From a virus, in the IMG/VR virus record IMGVR_UViG_3300042453_005424, positions 1 to 64,000 of that record: a stretch of DNA of 64,000 nucleotides; one strand, 5' to 3'. Numbering within the stretch: the stretch's first letter is position 1; the number at the start of each line of letters is the position of its first letter. Positions 1 to 10,429 of the stretch are shown here, piece after piece. The notes below the pieces were generated by a model, which searched no databases, was not told where the DNA came from, and saw only the letters and a list, made by a program, of their open reading frames with translations. The position numbers and the translations under genes are program-made.

Positions 1-2516
1 AGTTCGAATCTTATAGCCGGACCGCCAGAAATAATGTTAGGTCTAAAAACAGGGTCTAGCCCTGTAAAAGTTTTTGTATTATCTATGCTGAACGAAGTTC
101 CGCCTGGTTGTGTGGCGTAGGATGATTGAAGAGAGAAGGATAACTCGGTGGCTATAGTTGTTGTGTAATATATAAGGCGTGTAGCCGACCCGGCCGGATT
201 AGTAGCACGTAGCGTTAATGGGATAGGGGTGGAGCTAGAGTTTCCGGAAATTTGCCCGACCAAAGCGCTAGGTGTGCCAGGAGAAATCGATAAGCCGCTA
301 GGTAAACTTTGTGGCGGAGTGGTGCCAGGGTCAAAAAAGTTGTATGTAAACTCCGATGGGCTAAAAGGGTCTAGCCGAAACATATTTTCTGCGATTATTT
401 TTAAAGCGGGTGACGCATCGGTATATATATTAAGGTTACTCAACCTGAGTGGAAATAGCTCTGTATTGCCAGGACTTTGTATAATTGGTTTTGCGATATA
501 GACCAAATTAAATGTATAACTTCTAGTGATAGAAAAATCAGCTGCGGAAACAGAAAAAGTGTATTTTCTACTGGTGGTGTCCGAAACATCGCTCGCGGAA
601 AGCCGCAGTTTATTGATCGTAGGGTCTTCTGTATCTAAACTTAACGACAACCACGCCGGTTTTGCTCCTCTAATGTTTATAGTATCCACTACGAATTCTT
701 TAGGCACGTCAACACTCTCATTCAAAGATTCGCTCTGCAACAAAGTGTAGTCATTTAGTATCTCTCCGGTAGCAATAAAACCAGGGCGGGGGAAAAGAGG
801 GAGCCCTGTGTAAGGACATCCTGTTAAAGGTTCAGGAGAATCAGGGTCAGTTATATCCACAACACATACAGTCAACTCTCCTTTTGCACCGTCGTTTACT
901 ATAATACTCGGGATAAAGAATACTGCCTCGATAAAAGCGTATTCTTTGCAGCCTAAAGTCACCCAATCTCGGTTGTCTATGATTTCATCGTCTGTTCTTA
1001 GTTTACTATAACCTTGTTTTGTTAAATATTGATTTGGAGAATAATCTACCCTAAATGTTTTAGTCTCTATGGATGGATTAAAAATTGCAACGACTACAGC
1101 TATGTACGTTACGTAAATTCCATCTTTGTTATATGCTTCATTTGTAGTATATTTTACTGTAAAATAAGGATTTAAATTGTTTTCCGAAGAAACATTATAT
1201 GCTTCTATAGCACAATTTATATTATTGGTAATACCACAGTCATTAAGTTTAAAAGATAAAGGACTAGCAGAATGCTCAGGTAATTCTTCGAGCTCTATAG
1301 AAGTTTCGCTGATTACTTTTCTGATTGTGTAGTTTTTTACATCTACTGAGCTATAAGCTAAAGTTATTTTATGCCCTTCATGGAAATATTTTTTAAATTT
1401 ATCACCACAGATTATTTTGGCTGCGGTATTAACTGGGTCGGTGCATCTAGCAAAAACATCGTCGGGGTTACCCTCATCGTTGTTAAAAAAAACAGCCTGG
1501 GTTAAAACTTTACTTCCTTGGGTTGTAACTATTTTTCCGCGAGTCTCTACATTGTTCGAAGCTAGTTTATAAAGTTCTGATACTGCTGAACTAACGCGGT
1601 TTATATAGAATGCTACCGCAGCCATGCTCTCAGGAGGGCATTTAGGACTACAAAAATTTTCTAAAAGTATGCTATTACCTGCGGCGTTATTTAAAATATT
1701 TATTTGCTGAGGTGTTCCACTGTTATGCACTGTAAAATTCAAATAAGGCGCCAGGCTGTTTTGCCGCAATATCAAATCTTCAGTCGTTAATGTATTCGCT
1801 GTATAACACTCAGAATGTTTTAAAAATAAAGCCCCATTTTCGTTAGGTGTAATTTCATTTAGTTTTAATAAAACTGGAGACGCGCTACATGCATCGTATA
1901 GTCCGGCACCAAAGCCAGCCTCGACATATAACCCTGCAGCATCAGGCTCTTCAGGCTGAAATTCTGCATTGTGCCTAAACTTAACATCAGCAGAAAAATT
2001 ATTGTAAGTATGTACTAACGCTAAATTAGACCCTGCTAAAATGCGTTTTTGATAAGTTTTGAAGCTCAAACTTCTTAGTATCGGAGCACTTAAAACAACT
2101 GCGGATGTAGCTAGTTCTGACTCATCAGGTTGGTAAACTTGGTCAAATGCTGGTTTGTTTAATAACCCTGGACCAAAAATAATTTTAACTGCGAATGTCG
2201 AGTTTTGCGTTGATATAAAACTTTTTACACCGGATTCATAATGATCTAACTCGGAGTTTAAAACAGTGATCGACCCTATACCCGCCGGAATTGGATTATC
2301 TACATCTCCGAATGTTATCTTTACAGTTCCGCTGGATGTTCCTGTGTGCTCGATTCTTCTGATGTAAACACTTTTGATATTGGGAGAATATGACACAAAA
2401 AGTATATCATAAAACCAATCATCTTGAATTGGGTTTAAATTTATTGCAGTTGTGTGCCGGCGTTTAATCGGATAAGCCGTTAAACTGTTTGTTGTAATAT
2501 ACTCCAAGGCTGCCAT
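1..2516 (-). CDS. Large tail fibre/baseplate-associated protein, partial (runs off the window start); N-terminal part is paralogous to 2543..3430, with an Ig-like (He_PIG-type) repeat near the window edge
   Basis: Absent from the ORF track, consistent with no stop inside the window. I translated both ends and some middle segments by hand from ATG 2516: MAALEYITTNSLTAYPIKR... The distal part reads LPSGLSISPG...GQISG...LTLRATNPAG, an Ig-like pattern. Confidence 0.75.
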   Translation of the reverse strand, partial: MAALEYITTNSLTAYPIKRRHTTAINLNPIQDDWFYDILFVSYSPNIKSVYIRRIEHTGTSSGTVKITFGDVDNPIPAGIGSITVLNSELDHYESGVKSFISTQNSTFAVKIIFGPGLLNKPAFDQVYQPDESELATSAVVLSAPILRSLSFKTYQKRILAGSNLALVHTYNNFSADVKFRHNAEFQPEEPDAAGLYVEAGFGAGLYDACSASPVLLKLNEITPNENGALFLKHSECYTANTLTTEDLILRQNSLAPYLNFTVHNSGTPQQINILNNAAGNSILLENFCSPKCPPESMAAVAFYINRVSSAVSELYKLASNNVETRGKIVTTQGSKVLTQAVFFNNDEGNPDDVFARCTDPVNTAAKIICGDKFKKYFHEGHKITLAYSSVDVKNYTIRKVISETSIELEELPEHSASPLSFKLNDCGITNNINCAIEAYNVSSENNLNPYFTVKYTTNEAYNKDGIYVTYIAVVVAIFNPSIETKTFRVDYSPNQYLTKQGYSKLRTDDEIIDNRDWVTLGCKEYAFIEAVFFIPSIIVNDGAKGELTVCVVDITDPDSPEPLTGCPYTGLPLFPRPGFIATGEILNDYTLLQSESLNESVDVPKEFVVDTINIRGAKPAWLSLSLDTEDPTINKLRLSASDVSDTTSRKYTFSVSAADFSITRSYTFNLVYIAKPIIQSPGNTELFPLRLSNLNIYTDASPALKIIAENMFRLDPFSPSEFTYNFFDPGTTPPQSLPSGLSISPGTPSALVGQISGNSSSTPIPLTLRATNPAGSATRLIYYTTTIATELSFSLQSSYATQPGGTSFSIDNTKTFTGLDPVFRPNIISGGPAIRFE

Positions 2517-2542
2517 ATCATTTTAATTAATATTATAATATT

Positions 2543-3430
2543 TTATGGACAAGCGCAATTCGAGTTTACTGTAGCTAAATATGTGTTAAGCTGAGAATTA
2601 ATATTGGCATAATTAGATTTTAAATCTAAAAATTTATTTTCCAATGATGCTAATCTAGTAGTGAGTTCTTCTAAATCACTGCATCCTGAACACGGTGTGC
2701 AACACGTATCCTCCATCTCTAAAGTATATTGCATCGGGCTAGAGATTTTCAAACAATCTGTACCTAATAAATTAATATTGCCATTATTGTTAGGAGCCAC
2801 ACCATTAACAGTTTTAATACAATTAGCCTCAGCGCAAGCTTTGTTTAACCCTAAGTCATCACCTGCATCAAAAATAACTGTGTTTGTCGATATTTCGTAG
2901 CTGAATTTGTTATTTCTCCGTGTAGCTAAAACAACATCTCCTGACATCGAATACTCTCCTTCGAGGGTATCTATAAACTTTATCCTATCTACGCCTGAGA
3001 TTCCTGGTATTATCGTCCGAGGCTCTAATTCTGTAGCTCCGAGTAAAAAGCTAAAACTACCTGCAGGCTGACCTAAAAGCCCTTCTAAAGAGCCTATCTC
3101 TATTTTTCCATTAGAACCCACGTAATTGTTCGTGACGTTCATGTAATAACTTTTATCTGTGATGTGGCTATTTCCATCTATTTCAAAAGTCCCCACGATA
3201 CGATCGAGATCATCACTAATCTCAACAGTTAACTCGTTTAATCTGTTAAAAATTTTAGATATGAAGAACCTTCTCGCTACATTACTGGTGGCAGATAGAG
3301 TAAAATCTACAATTAAATTATCAGGTATTGTAAAATAACCGTCATTACTCGTAGCACTGAGACCCTCACGTATAGGGTATCTGCGAAGTGCATTTAAAGA
3401 AGTCCAATCTAAACTGTCTACCCATGGCAT
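2543..3430 (-). CDS. Baseplate/fibre-associated structural protein with Cys-rich motif and C-terminal coiled coil
   Basis: 295 aa. Contains IKTVNGVAPNNNGNINL (a fibre-type VNG motif), CCTPCSGC and a heptad-like C-terminus; lies distal to the baseplate genes. Confidence 0.6.
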   Translation of the reverse strand: MPWVDSLDWTSLNALRRYPIREGLSATSNDGYFTIPDNLIVDFTLSATSNVARRFFISKIFNRLNELTVEISDDLDRIVGTFEIDGNSHITDKSYYMNVTNNYVGSNGKIEIGSLEGLLGQPAGSFSFLLGATELEPRTIIPGISGVDRIKFIDTLEGEYSMSGDVVLATRRNNKFSYEISTNTVIFDAGDDLGLNKACAEANCIKTVNGVAPNNNGNINLLGTDCLKISSPMQYTLEMEDTCCTPCSGCSDLEELTTRLASLENKFLDLKSNYANINSQLNTYLATVNSNCACP

Positions 3431-3449
3431 ATTATTTTAAATATTTATG

Positions 3450-5477
3450 TTAAGCGTTTGATATCTCCCAGTATATACTAATCAATCCAATATTCCCTGG
3501 ATAATTAAGAGGTTCTTGGCTGGTCGAAACACGAAGAATTTTGAAATTAACAACACCGTCTTCTCTGATATTGCTGTCCGGAATACTGAGATCAGGGCTT
3601 GATAAAGTTCTGACTTGATATGCGGTGTAGCTCGACCCGGCAGCAGTTATAGGAATAACCACAGGATTCGCTGTTGGTTGAAAAGAAGTGGTGCTGACTA
3701 ACCGATTTTCTGCCGGGGAGTTGTTAAATGCTGCGCTGTCTGCAGAAGTAACCGAAGAGTATTCAAAATTTAAAGCAATGTTCCTAGCCTCGCTAGAACT
3801 GACGTAGCCTACATCTCCGAAAACATGTAACTTTAAATTAAGTTTTTTGTTATTTAAATAACCTTTCGGTAAAACTACTTTTCCAATCAACCCATAAGGA
3901 GTAGCTCCCGGAGGTGGTAATTTTATATATGAAGTAAGGCCGCGAAACTCTAATCTGGAATTAATCGGCTCGATAGAGTCTACAAACCCAGTTATACCCT
4001 CTGACAAATATGAAATATTCCATATTCCTGACCCGGCTGGAGATTCTACGACTTGTATAGGTGTATTTCCTACAACTTTTGAGACTACCGGTGTAACCGC
4101 AGCTCTAAACCCTCCTAAAGATGGTGCGTATTCCAAAGCAGCAATAGCTCTATTAGCTGTGTATGAGCTGGTAGTAGTTGTAGGAAATGTGAATGTTGGC
4201 GCAGCAAACCCTACAGGGAAAAACGGAGCTAAAATTTTAACCAGTAAATCTCCGGTGGATGATTCTAACGATGGAGTGTCTTTACTGTAAAATTTTATAA
4301 AATTATCTGTGCGGTCTGCTGTAGTGTTAAACGGAGCCAATGAACTTACTAGCTGTGTTCTCAGTGCAGGATTAAATTTGGAAAAACTTATAAAGATATT
4401 AGGTCGAGCAGTGCCTAACCCAGTTTTAATTGTGCTCCAAAGATGTGGGGCAGAGCTTGGGTATGTGGAAGCCCAAGGTACAGTTGTGTTGCTATGCCAC
4501 CACAAACCGTAGTCATTCACCGAGTAAACTCCGTCAGAGTCGTAAACATCTTTATATCTTTGAATTACTCCATTGATGGACAGCTGTATGAAATTTGAAG
4601 GAACCGGCGGTAAATGCTTTTTTAATTCCAATGCTTCTTCGCGCTCAAAAGTCTCTAAAGCTGCATCGTAATTAGGAGCCATTGGGTCCGAGATAACTGC
4701 TACACTAGGTATATTATAGTAGAACACAGCTCCTGGAGGAGCAACAAGCGAAGTAACCGAACTTACAGGCACCCAACCTAACTTGTTAAGATCCGGGTTG
4801 TTGATAGCCCATGTTGCGCCAGATTTATTAGGGACACCGGACACACGATCTAAAGCATGATATCTATAATTTATAAAAAATTGAGAAAATTCGTCTACGT
4901 TCGCGTGCAATAAAAATTTACGCTTTGACAGTGCATAGCCGATATAAACCGGAATTCCTGCAGGGTCTTTAGTGATTTTCCCTGGAGTTTTTCTCGATAA
5001 ATAATACGGGCCTACTTCAAAAGGTTCGATATTAACACCATCTTTTTGTATAAGCCCTAAAACCGGATGATCGATGTCTACCGGGAATTCACACAATCCT
5101 TCAGTAAAAATGTCTGCTGTTTTTTCCGTCGGATAAACAGTTTTTACAATACCAAACACATAATTAGATTTATTAGGTACGAATGAAGAAGATGAGTTTG
5201 ACGACGAGAATCCTGTGATTGCTTTAGCTATTCCTTCGCCGGCATTATCACTTTTGAAGTAGACAAGATTGAGCTGTCCTTTATCTATATCAGCTGTAGG
5301 ATGGATAGGTTGAGCAAAACTGATTAAAACGGACTTCCCTAGTAGAGATTCAAATTTTTCATATAAATGCTGCTCTCGTTGTGTTAGTTGATCGATAGGG
5401 ACATTCACAGTAGACTGGTCTACGGCCTCTCCATCTTTGATTCTTCTTACTGTAGGTAGCCAAGGTGTTACTAGCAT
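3450..5477 (-). CDS. Baseplate-attached tail fibre/fibre-anchor protein
   Basis: N-terminus WLPTVRRIKDGEAV...NVPIDQLTQREQHL resembles myophage fibre attachment segments; the rest is beta-rich. ATG 5477 preferred to the track start 5513, which overlaps the upstream gene. Confidence 0.6.
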   Translation of the reverse strand: MLVTPWLPTVRRIKDGEAVDQSTVNVPIDQLTQREQHLYEKFESLLGKSVLISFAQPIHPTADIDKGQLNLVYFKSDNAGEGIAKAITGFSSSNSSSSFVPNKSNYVFGIVKTVYPTEKTADIFTEGLCEFPVDIDHPVLGLIQKDGVNIEPFEVGPYYLSRKTPGKITKDPAGIPVYIGYALSKRKFLLHANVDEFSQFFINYRYHALDRVSGVPNKSGATWAINNPDLNKLGWVPVSSVTSLVAPPGAVFYYNIPSVAVISDPMAPNYDAALETFEREEALELKKHLPPVPSNFIQLSINGVIQRYKDVYDSDGVYSVNDYGLWWHSNTTVPWASTYPSSAPHLWSTIKTGLGTARPNIFISFSKFNPALRTQLVSSLAPFNTTADRTDNFIKFYSKDTPSLESSTGDLLVKILAPFFPVGFAAPTFTFPTTTTSSYTANRAIAALEYAPSLGGFRAAVTPVVSKVVGNTPIQVVESPAGSGIWNISYLSEGITGFVDSIEPINSRLEFRGLTSYIKLPPPGATPYGLIGKVVLPKGYLNNKKLNLKLHVFGDVGYVSSSEARNIALNFEYSSVTSADSAAFNNSPAENRLVSTTSFQPTANPVVIPITAAGSSYTAYQVRTLSSPDLSIPDSNIREDGVVNFKILRVSTSQEPLNYPGNIGLISIYWEISNA

Positions 5478-5485
5478 AAACTGTG

Positions 5486-6046
5486 TTAAGGTAGAAGTAC
5501 TCTTATTCCCCAAGTAATTGTAAAATTAAAACTCGGGTCATATTTAATTTTATTAAAGTTTGTTCTGGAAAAAACAGTATCTCCTGCGGAAATATTCGGG
5601 TCTGCTGCCGCAACCAGGGCAACTTCGAATATATTACTAGTTGTATTAAAAGGAGCTCCTTGAATAGTTGTGGCGGATGTGATCATTGTAGAGAATAATA
5701 CTGTATTATCTGAATAACCTGAAGAGGACAAAAAGGTAGGAGGAAAAGTGAGAGGTTCTCGTAGATACCCAAAATTTCCTCCATAACTACTGAATGGCGA
5801 TGTATAGTCTATGTCTATTGCAGGAGGCGCAAAAGATGTTGAATTATTATAGCCGATATACATCCCCCAAATATTTGACTTTGGATCTCCTCCTAATCCT
5901 CTAGCAATAATTCTTGCCCCGCCTTTAAGTATTAAATTATTTTTTTCCACCAGCAATTCAGAAGTGCCGCTATTAGGGTCAACCTTCCAAATTTTTATAA
6001 ATCCGGACAATGCATTTTCTCCGCGTAATGTTTCAATGTTTCCCAT
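5486..6046 (-). CDS. Baseplate/tail-collar protein (P2 gpH N-terminal-like)
   Basis: KNNLIL...G near the N-terminus and IFEVALV...VFSR..F..I...FTITWGI at the C-terminus; follows the wedge genes. ATG at 6046. Confidence 0.6.
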   Translation of the reverse strand: MGNIETLRGENALSGFIKIWKVDPNSGTSELLVEKNNLILKGGARIIARGLGGDPKSNIWGMYIGYNNSTSFAPPAIDIDYTSPFSSYGGNFGYLREPLTFPPTFLSSSGYSDNTVLFSTMITSATTIQGAPFNTTSNIFEVALVAAADPNISAGDTVFSRTNFNKIKYDPSFNFTITWGIRVLLP

Positions 6047-6071
6047 AAAACTCAATTATATTGTTTTTCTA

Positions 6072-7877
6072 TCAAAAGTCGATTAATAAGACAGATGGTA
6101 TTTCTCTTGTAGATGGTGTCCTAGGAGTATCTTCACCTATAGGCTTTACAGATAGAGGTATTTCTGTTCTAAGTGCACCATCTATAACTCTAGTGGAGGC
6201 TGTGCTCCCATTCAAGTAAACTTGTTCTAAGTTGTTGTTGTGGTGTAATGGTTGGTCATTTCTATAGGGTCCTATTGATACGCAAAATAGCCTATTAATA
6301 TAATCTTTATAGTAATCTGCGTCGGCTCCGCCAGGTAAAACAGGCCTGCTTCCTGTGGCTGCTACCGAGCCGTCTAAACTAAAAAGTTGAGAACCAAATC
6401 CAGGGATTGTCAGCCCGTGATTCATGTGGTCAATATTATCAGGAGCAATTTTAAGCGTTAGATACACTATGAGATACACATGAGCCGGGATATAGTTTTG
6501 AATATTGGGTAATAAATCAAAAAAATTACTCAACTCAAGGTCGTCATAAAAGTTTAATTTCAGTAGTAAAGTGTTATTTTTAAACACATTGGTAAAAACA
6601 AAATCTAGAGGATTTATAGCTAAAGAAAAACTTTCATCGGCTGCTCTACCTAATTTTTGTACTAGCTCCTCTTTTACGGGGGAAGCGTTTATATAATCAT
6701 GGAACGAATCAACATCTTCCGGCCTGCCTGAAATAGGGAAAGTAAATTTACCGTTTGCGTAAGTAAGAAGCTTTATCGAATTTTCAAAAAACAATTGGTG
6801 GCTTGGGTTGACCATAAAAACATGCGAAGAAAAAGCTAATTTGTTGCTTTCAATTTCATAGCGCCACCAAGCCGGGTTTATCAAAGAGTCTACTAATTTC
6901 ACACTATCTGAAAGAATTTCTCCAGCAGCTAACTTAGCTCCTACTTTTACATTACTCGCCATTCCTTTTTCTGCAGATATTTTATACACATGCTTATCAG
7001 TAATTATATAATGTGTGTTTTCCTGAAGATATATATCTTCTATTGTTTCATAATTTTCTAAAATAGTCGGGGTTTTATTAAACGCTGCGAATATGATGTT
7101 TAAAGCTTTGATGTTCGGTCCGTCAATCAATAAATTAAACAACCCGCTTATAATATTTTTATAACTTTCAGAACTCGGCAAATACAGGTCCAACAAAACT
7201 CCAAAATTAGAGTACACACTTTCTCTGTCTTCTTCAGAATTATATACCCATAGAATTATAAATTCGTCATTTGTAATTTTTCCTTCAGTGTCTACAAAAG
7301 TTTGAGGTACACCAAATTCTCCTATTATTTGTGCTCGTGGTATATAGTCATTGTTGAATAAGTTGTCGTTAAAATAGAGTACTCCATTAGAATATAAAAC
7401 GTCAACCCCCGGGATCATCACAAAAGACGGAGCTATAACTCTATTCGCTATCAGTCCAAATTTCTTGAGAGGGAAATCAGGCGTATAGCTGTACAATTTA
7501 TCTGTTGTTTGTTTTGGGGAGCCGAATCGGAAAAGTTTATTTGCATAAAATTTATCTGTGTCTGGCTGATAACCAAACACGGCGCCATTTTTTTCAAACA
7601 CAAAGGGAGCTTTACTGAACTGAGATTTTTTAATAATTATAGGTTTCCACTTTTCTTTATGGAATAAATCAACATCTTTGACAGAATATTGTTTCACCAT
7701 CTCCAATAAAGAATAATAGGCCTGAATAAGCTCTTCAGCCATACCGAGTGTATAACCTTTTAAAACATTCTTATCGTTAAAAATAGAAGTCCAGAAAGAC
7801 CCTAGCGATAAATACAGATGTTGGCCGTCAGTCGCGTCCAATGCAGGAAATTTATCGTTTAAAAAACTTATAGTCAT
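6072..7877 (-). CDS. Baseplate wedge protein (gp7/P2 gpI position)
   Basis: 601 aa, directly downstream of the J-like gene; has NFGVLL..L and IQNYIPAHV (a gpI-like 'PAH' motif). Confidence 0.6.
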   Translation of the reverse strand: MTISFLNDKFPALDATDGQHLYLSLGSFWTSIFNDKNVLKGYTLGMAEELIQAYYSLLEMVKQYSVKDVDLFHKEKWKPIIIKKSQFSKAPFVFEKNGAVFGYQPDTDKFYANKLFRFGSPKQTTDKLYSYTPDFPLKKFGLIANRVIAPSFVMIPGVDVLYSNGVLYFNDNLFNNDYIPRAQIIGEFGVPQTFVDTEGKITNDEFIILWVYNSEEDRESVYSNFGVLLDLYLPSSESYKNIISGLFNLLIDGPNIKALNIIFAAFNKTPTILENYETIEDIYLQENTHYIITDKHVYKISAEKGMASNVKVGAKLAAGEILSDSVKLVDSLINPAWWRYEIESNKLAFSSHVFMVNPSHQLFFENSIKLLTYANGKFTFPISGRPEDVDSFHDYINASPVKEELVQKLGRAADESFSLAINPLDFVFTNVFKNNTLLLKLNFYDDLELSNFFDLLPNIQNYIPAHVYLIVYLTLKIAPDNIDHMNHGLTIPGFGSQLFSLDGSVAATGSRPVLPGGADADYYKDYINRLFCVSIGPYRNDQPLHHNNNLEQVYLNGSTASTRVIDGALRTEIPLSVKPIGEDTPRTPSTREIPSVLLIDF

Positions 7878-7889
7878 TATATATAATAA

Positions 7890-9500
7890 TCAGGCTATGT
7901 TTAATCCTATATTATCTATAGGTATAGTTATACCATTTTCAATTCTATAGTAATCTATAAAATAAAGCGTAGTTTTGGGAGTTACTCCTTTATCCAGCCG
8001 TTCAGGAATTTCAAGCACATCCGCGTCTTCTAAGTTAATATCTGACCCATCAGGACAAAGTATTCGCCCAGTCATTTTAATAGGTAAGTCCACCCGCTTA
8101 ATCCCATAGTTATGGCATATATCTACAATAGAGGACGCCTGCAACTGCTGCCCAAACGGTATCGTATTAACATACTGAAAAATGTCTTGTTTGAGTTTTT
8201 GAAGTTTTAAAGACTCGTATGTGTCTGTAGGGCGTTTTTTTAACAAATTTATATTTAAAGAAACCATGCACGGAATAACTGCTCGAATCAAATAATCAGC
8301 GCAAGCAAGACGTTCATCGTCTCTCAGAAGCATGTTCTGCATTTCCAAGATATTAGGCTGGTATTTGATCATCAATTCAAACTCTGCGGTCTCTCCCACA
8401 GGCACTTTACCATCATCATCATATTCAAACACAACAACGGCTGTTTGGTATTTAGTAAACCTAGCCTCTACCGTAGAATTAATTTCGTTATTGCGCTGGT
8501 TCGGGTATCCTTCAAACCCATAAACAATTGAAGACGGGAGCAGGGTTCCTCCTAAATTTATATCTGTGCGAAATGGGATGATTGAAGTGATATTATAGAA
8601 GCCTGGAACGTCTGTATTAGCTATACGAAGCTCCCACTGTGTATCGGTAATTTTTGTAGCTGCTTTGAGAACATTTTTAGTTTGCAGCCCTAAGCTCGAT
8701 CTTGTGTAAACATCTGCTTTTCCGAAAGTCGAAATACCTAACAAATTTTGTTTTGACCTTGTCATCTCGGGGTCGTTTGCACCGCAAACAGAAATATACT
8801 GGAACCCAGGAAACGTGTCTCTGAATCTGTTGGCTATTCCTATAGGGGACTCAAATCGGTAGTTCCCTAAATTTCTTTTTATTTTAGCTATTAACTGCTT
8901 ATCCGTCTCCACAGCTTCACCAGATAAAAAATTTCCATAAGCTTCGGCTTTAACAAAATTATTTATAGTCAATTCTGGAATAAACGCAGTTCCTGAAGAA
9001 ACTTGGTATTTGGGGTCGGCTTCTTCAGCTACTACATCTAGAATGAAATACCATAAACCATTATCAGAATACACCTGTCTTTCATTCAACGAGGCCACAG
9101 GTTCTTGAGAAACTGATATATCTTGGGCAACCAAATAATTTAAATTCAAGGCTGGTTGTGTAAATATGAAACCCTCATCAAATTGGTAATCTCCTCCTTC
9201 GCTAACAATTACTTTTATTTTGCCTGCCACTTTAACCCCTCCACTACGTGAAGTATTATAATTTGACGCAACCATATCCATAATGACTGAATAGCTGTCT
9301 TCGTCACTAGCTAGAACATTTGTTATAGCTTTGCCTTGGGATAAACTCTCTATTTTGTTGTATTGTTCGTTTTGTAAAGTCGCAGCCAACTTAATAAGTA
9401 ATTCATTAATTACAGACCCTGGGCCTACATCTATATCTGTATAATTCTGCCCAATAAATGCAGTCAATCTTGCTACTGTGTCTTCGAGTAATTCGGCCAT
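7890..9500 (-). CDS. Baseplate J-like wedge protein (gp6-like)
   Basis: DVGPGSVINELLI, GEAVETDKQLIAKIK and GKADVY motifs are typical of the baseplate J family. ATG 9500 preferred to the track start 9539. Confidence 0.8.
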   Translation of the reverse strand: MAELLEDTVARLTAFIGQNYTDIDVGPGSVINELLIKLAATLQNEQYNKIESLSQGKAITNVLASDEDSYSVIMDMVASNYNTSRSGGVKVAGKIKVIVSEGGDYQFDEGFIFTQPALNLNYLVAQDISVSQEPVASLNERQVYSDNGLWYFILDVVAEEADPKYQVSSGTAFIPELTINNFVKAEAYGNFLSGEAVETDKQLIAKIKRNLGNYRFESPIGIANRFRDTFPGFQYISVCGANDPEMTRSKQNLLGISTFGKADVYTRSSLGLQTKNVLKAATKITDTQWELRIANTDVPGFYNITSIIPFRTDINLGGTLLPSSIVYGFEGYPNQRNNEINSTVEARFTKYQTAVVVFEYDDDGKVPVGETAEFELMIKYQPNILEMQNMLLRDDERLACADYLIRAVIPCMVSLNINLLKKRPTDTYESLKLQKLKQDIFQYVNTIPFGQQLQASSIVDICHNYGIKRVDLPIKMTGRILCPDGSDINLEDADVLEIPERLDKGVTPKTTLYFIDYYRIENGITIPIDNIGLNIA

Positions 9501-9516
9501 ATCTCTATATTTTTCT

Positions 9517-10002
9517 TTATTTAGGTAAGGGTACCACAAAACTTATATTATCTCCAGCCTCTGTGTTAATCTTTACATCAAATCCTACAAACCCTCCGTA
9601 TAAAGTATAGCCCTCTAATGTTGCGTTTACTATTTTTTCATCCGGCGGGATCGCGTCGTCTGGTTGCGAAGATTGATATGCTCTGAGAGTCAATATAGCC
9701 TTGTAGTTGGCTAAGTGAAAAACTTGTTGGGCCAGAATACCGTCGGTTGGAGAAATACCTCGCTTAAGGGTGTATAAAAAGTCAGTCCCGAAAGAAGGAA
9801 AATAAGGCTGTGATTCTATATTTGTTAAAAGTATAATCGCATATTTTTGTACAAGTTTTTGTGCGCCTGTGCAAAATCTTGCGGAGCTCCCAAATTTTGG
9901 AAAAACTGTCTGAGCTTCTCGAGAAAGTGCATCAGGATATTGCAGTATGCTGATATCACGCTTTCTTCCTGTGTAATCCGTTGTGGTATTTTTTACTGCC
10001 AT
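9517..10002 (-). CDS. Baseplate wedge/sheath initiator (gp25/GPW-like)
   Basis: QKLVQKYAIILLTNIESQPYFPSFGTDF matches the gp25 LLT...P.FGT pattern; adjacent to the J-like gene. Confidence 0.8.
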   Translation of the reverse strand: MAVKNTTTDYTGRKRDISILQYPDALSREAQTVFPKFGSSARFCTGAQKLVQKYAIILLTNIESQPYFPSFGTDFLYTLKRGISPTDGILAQQVFHLANYKAILTLRAYQSSQPDDAIPPDEKIVNATLEGYTLYGGFVGFDVKINTEAGDNISFVVPLPK

Positions 10003-10009
10003 ATGCTCT

Positions 10010-10429
10010 TTAGCCGGGTTTTTCTAAGTTTTTCTTAAATTCTTTAAAAAATCCTGCCGCATATCCTACAGCACCCATAACTCTTGCACCTTTTTGAGAC
10101 AAATCATCTCTATAAAAGTGCATTCTACCTTTGTGGCGCTGCACCCAGCATCTGTTGAAAGAATATAATACACCAATTTCTAACTTTAAAGCGCTTATAC
10201 CTTTTCGAGACTTTACCTCTTTTTCTTTGTAAGCTGTTTTATACTCAGTATTTAATTGCTTTCGATCAGTAAATTCTTTTAAATCTTTTAAAATAAGCTC
10301 TTTGTCATAAGGCATAGAATCGACCATCCAGCGGCGACCCTGCTGGTCATTTTGAAGGCGGTCTTGCGGAATATGTTCCTCTACCCACACTTTTAACTTG
10401 TCGAAAAGCTCTTCTAAAGTTTTTATCAT
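10010..10429 (-). CDS. Hypothetical protein
   Basis: 139-aa ORF packed tightly in the operon; its start overlaps the sigma stop codon (ATGA). Confidence 0.6.
   Translation of the reverse strand: MIKTLEELFDKLKVWVEEHIPQDRLQNDQQGRRWMVDSMPYDKELILKDLKEFTDRKQLNTEYKTAYKEKEVKSRKGISALKLEIGVLYSFNRCWVQRHKGRMHFYRDDLSQKGARVMGAVGYAAGFFKEFKKNLEKPG

Noticed and set aside
229-750. Plus-strand ORFs 229..501 and 526..750
   Set aside because: They lie antisense to the long minus-strand gene that starts at 2516.
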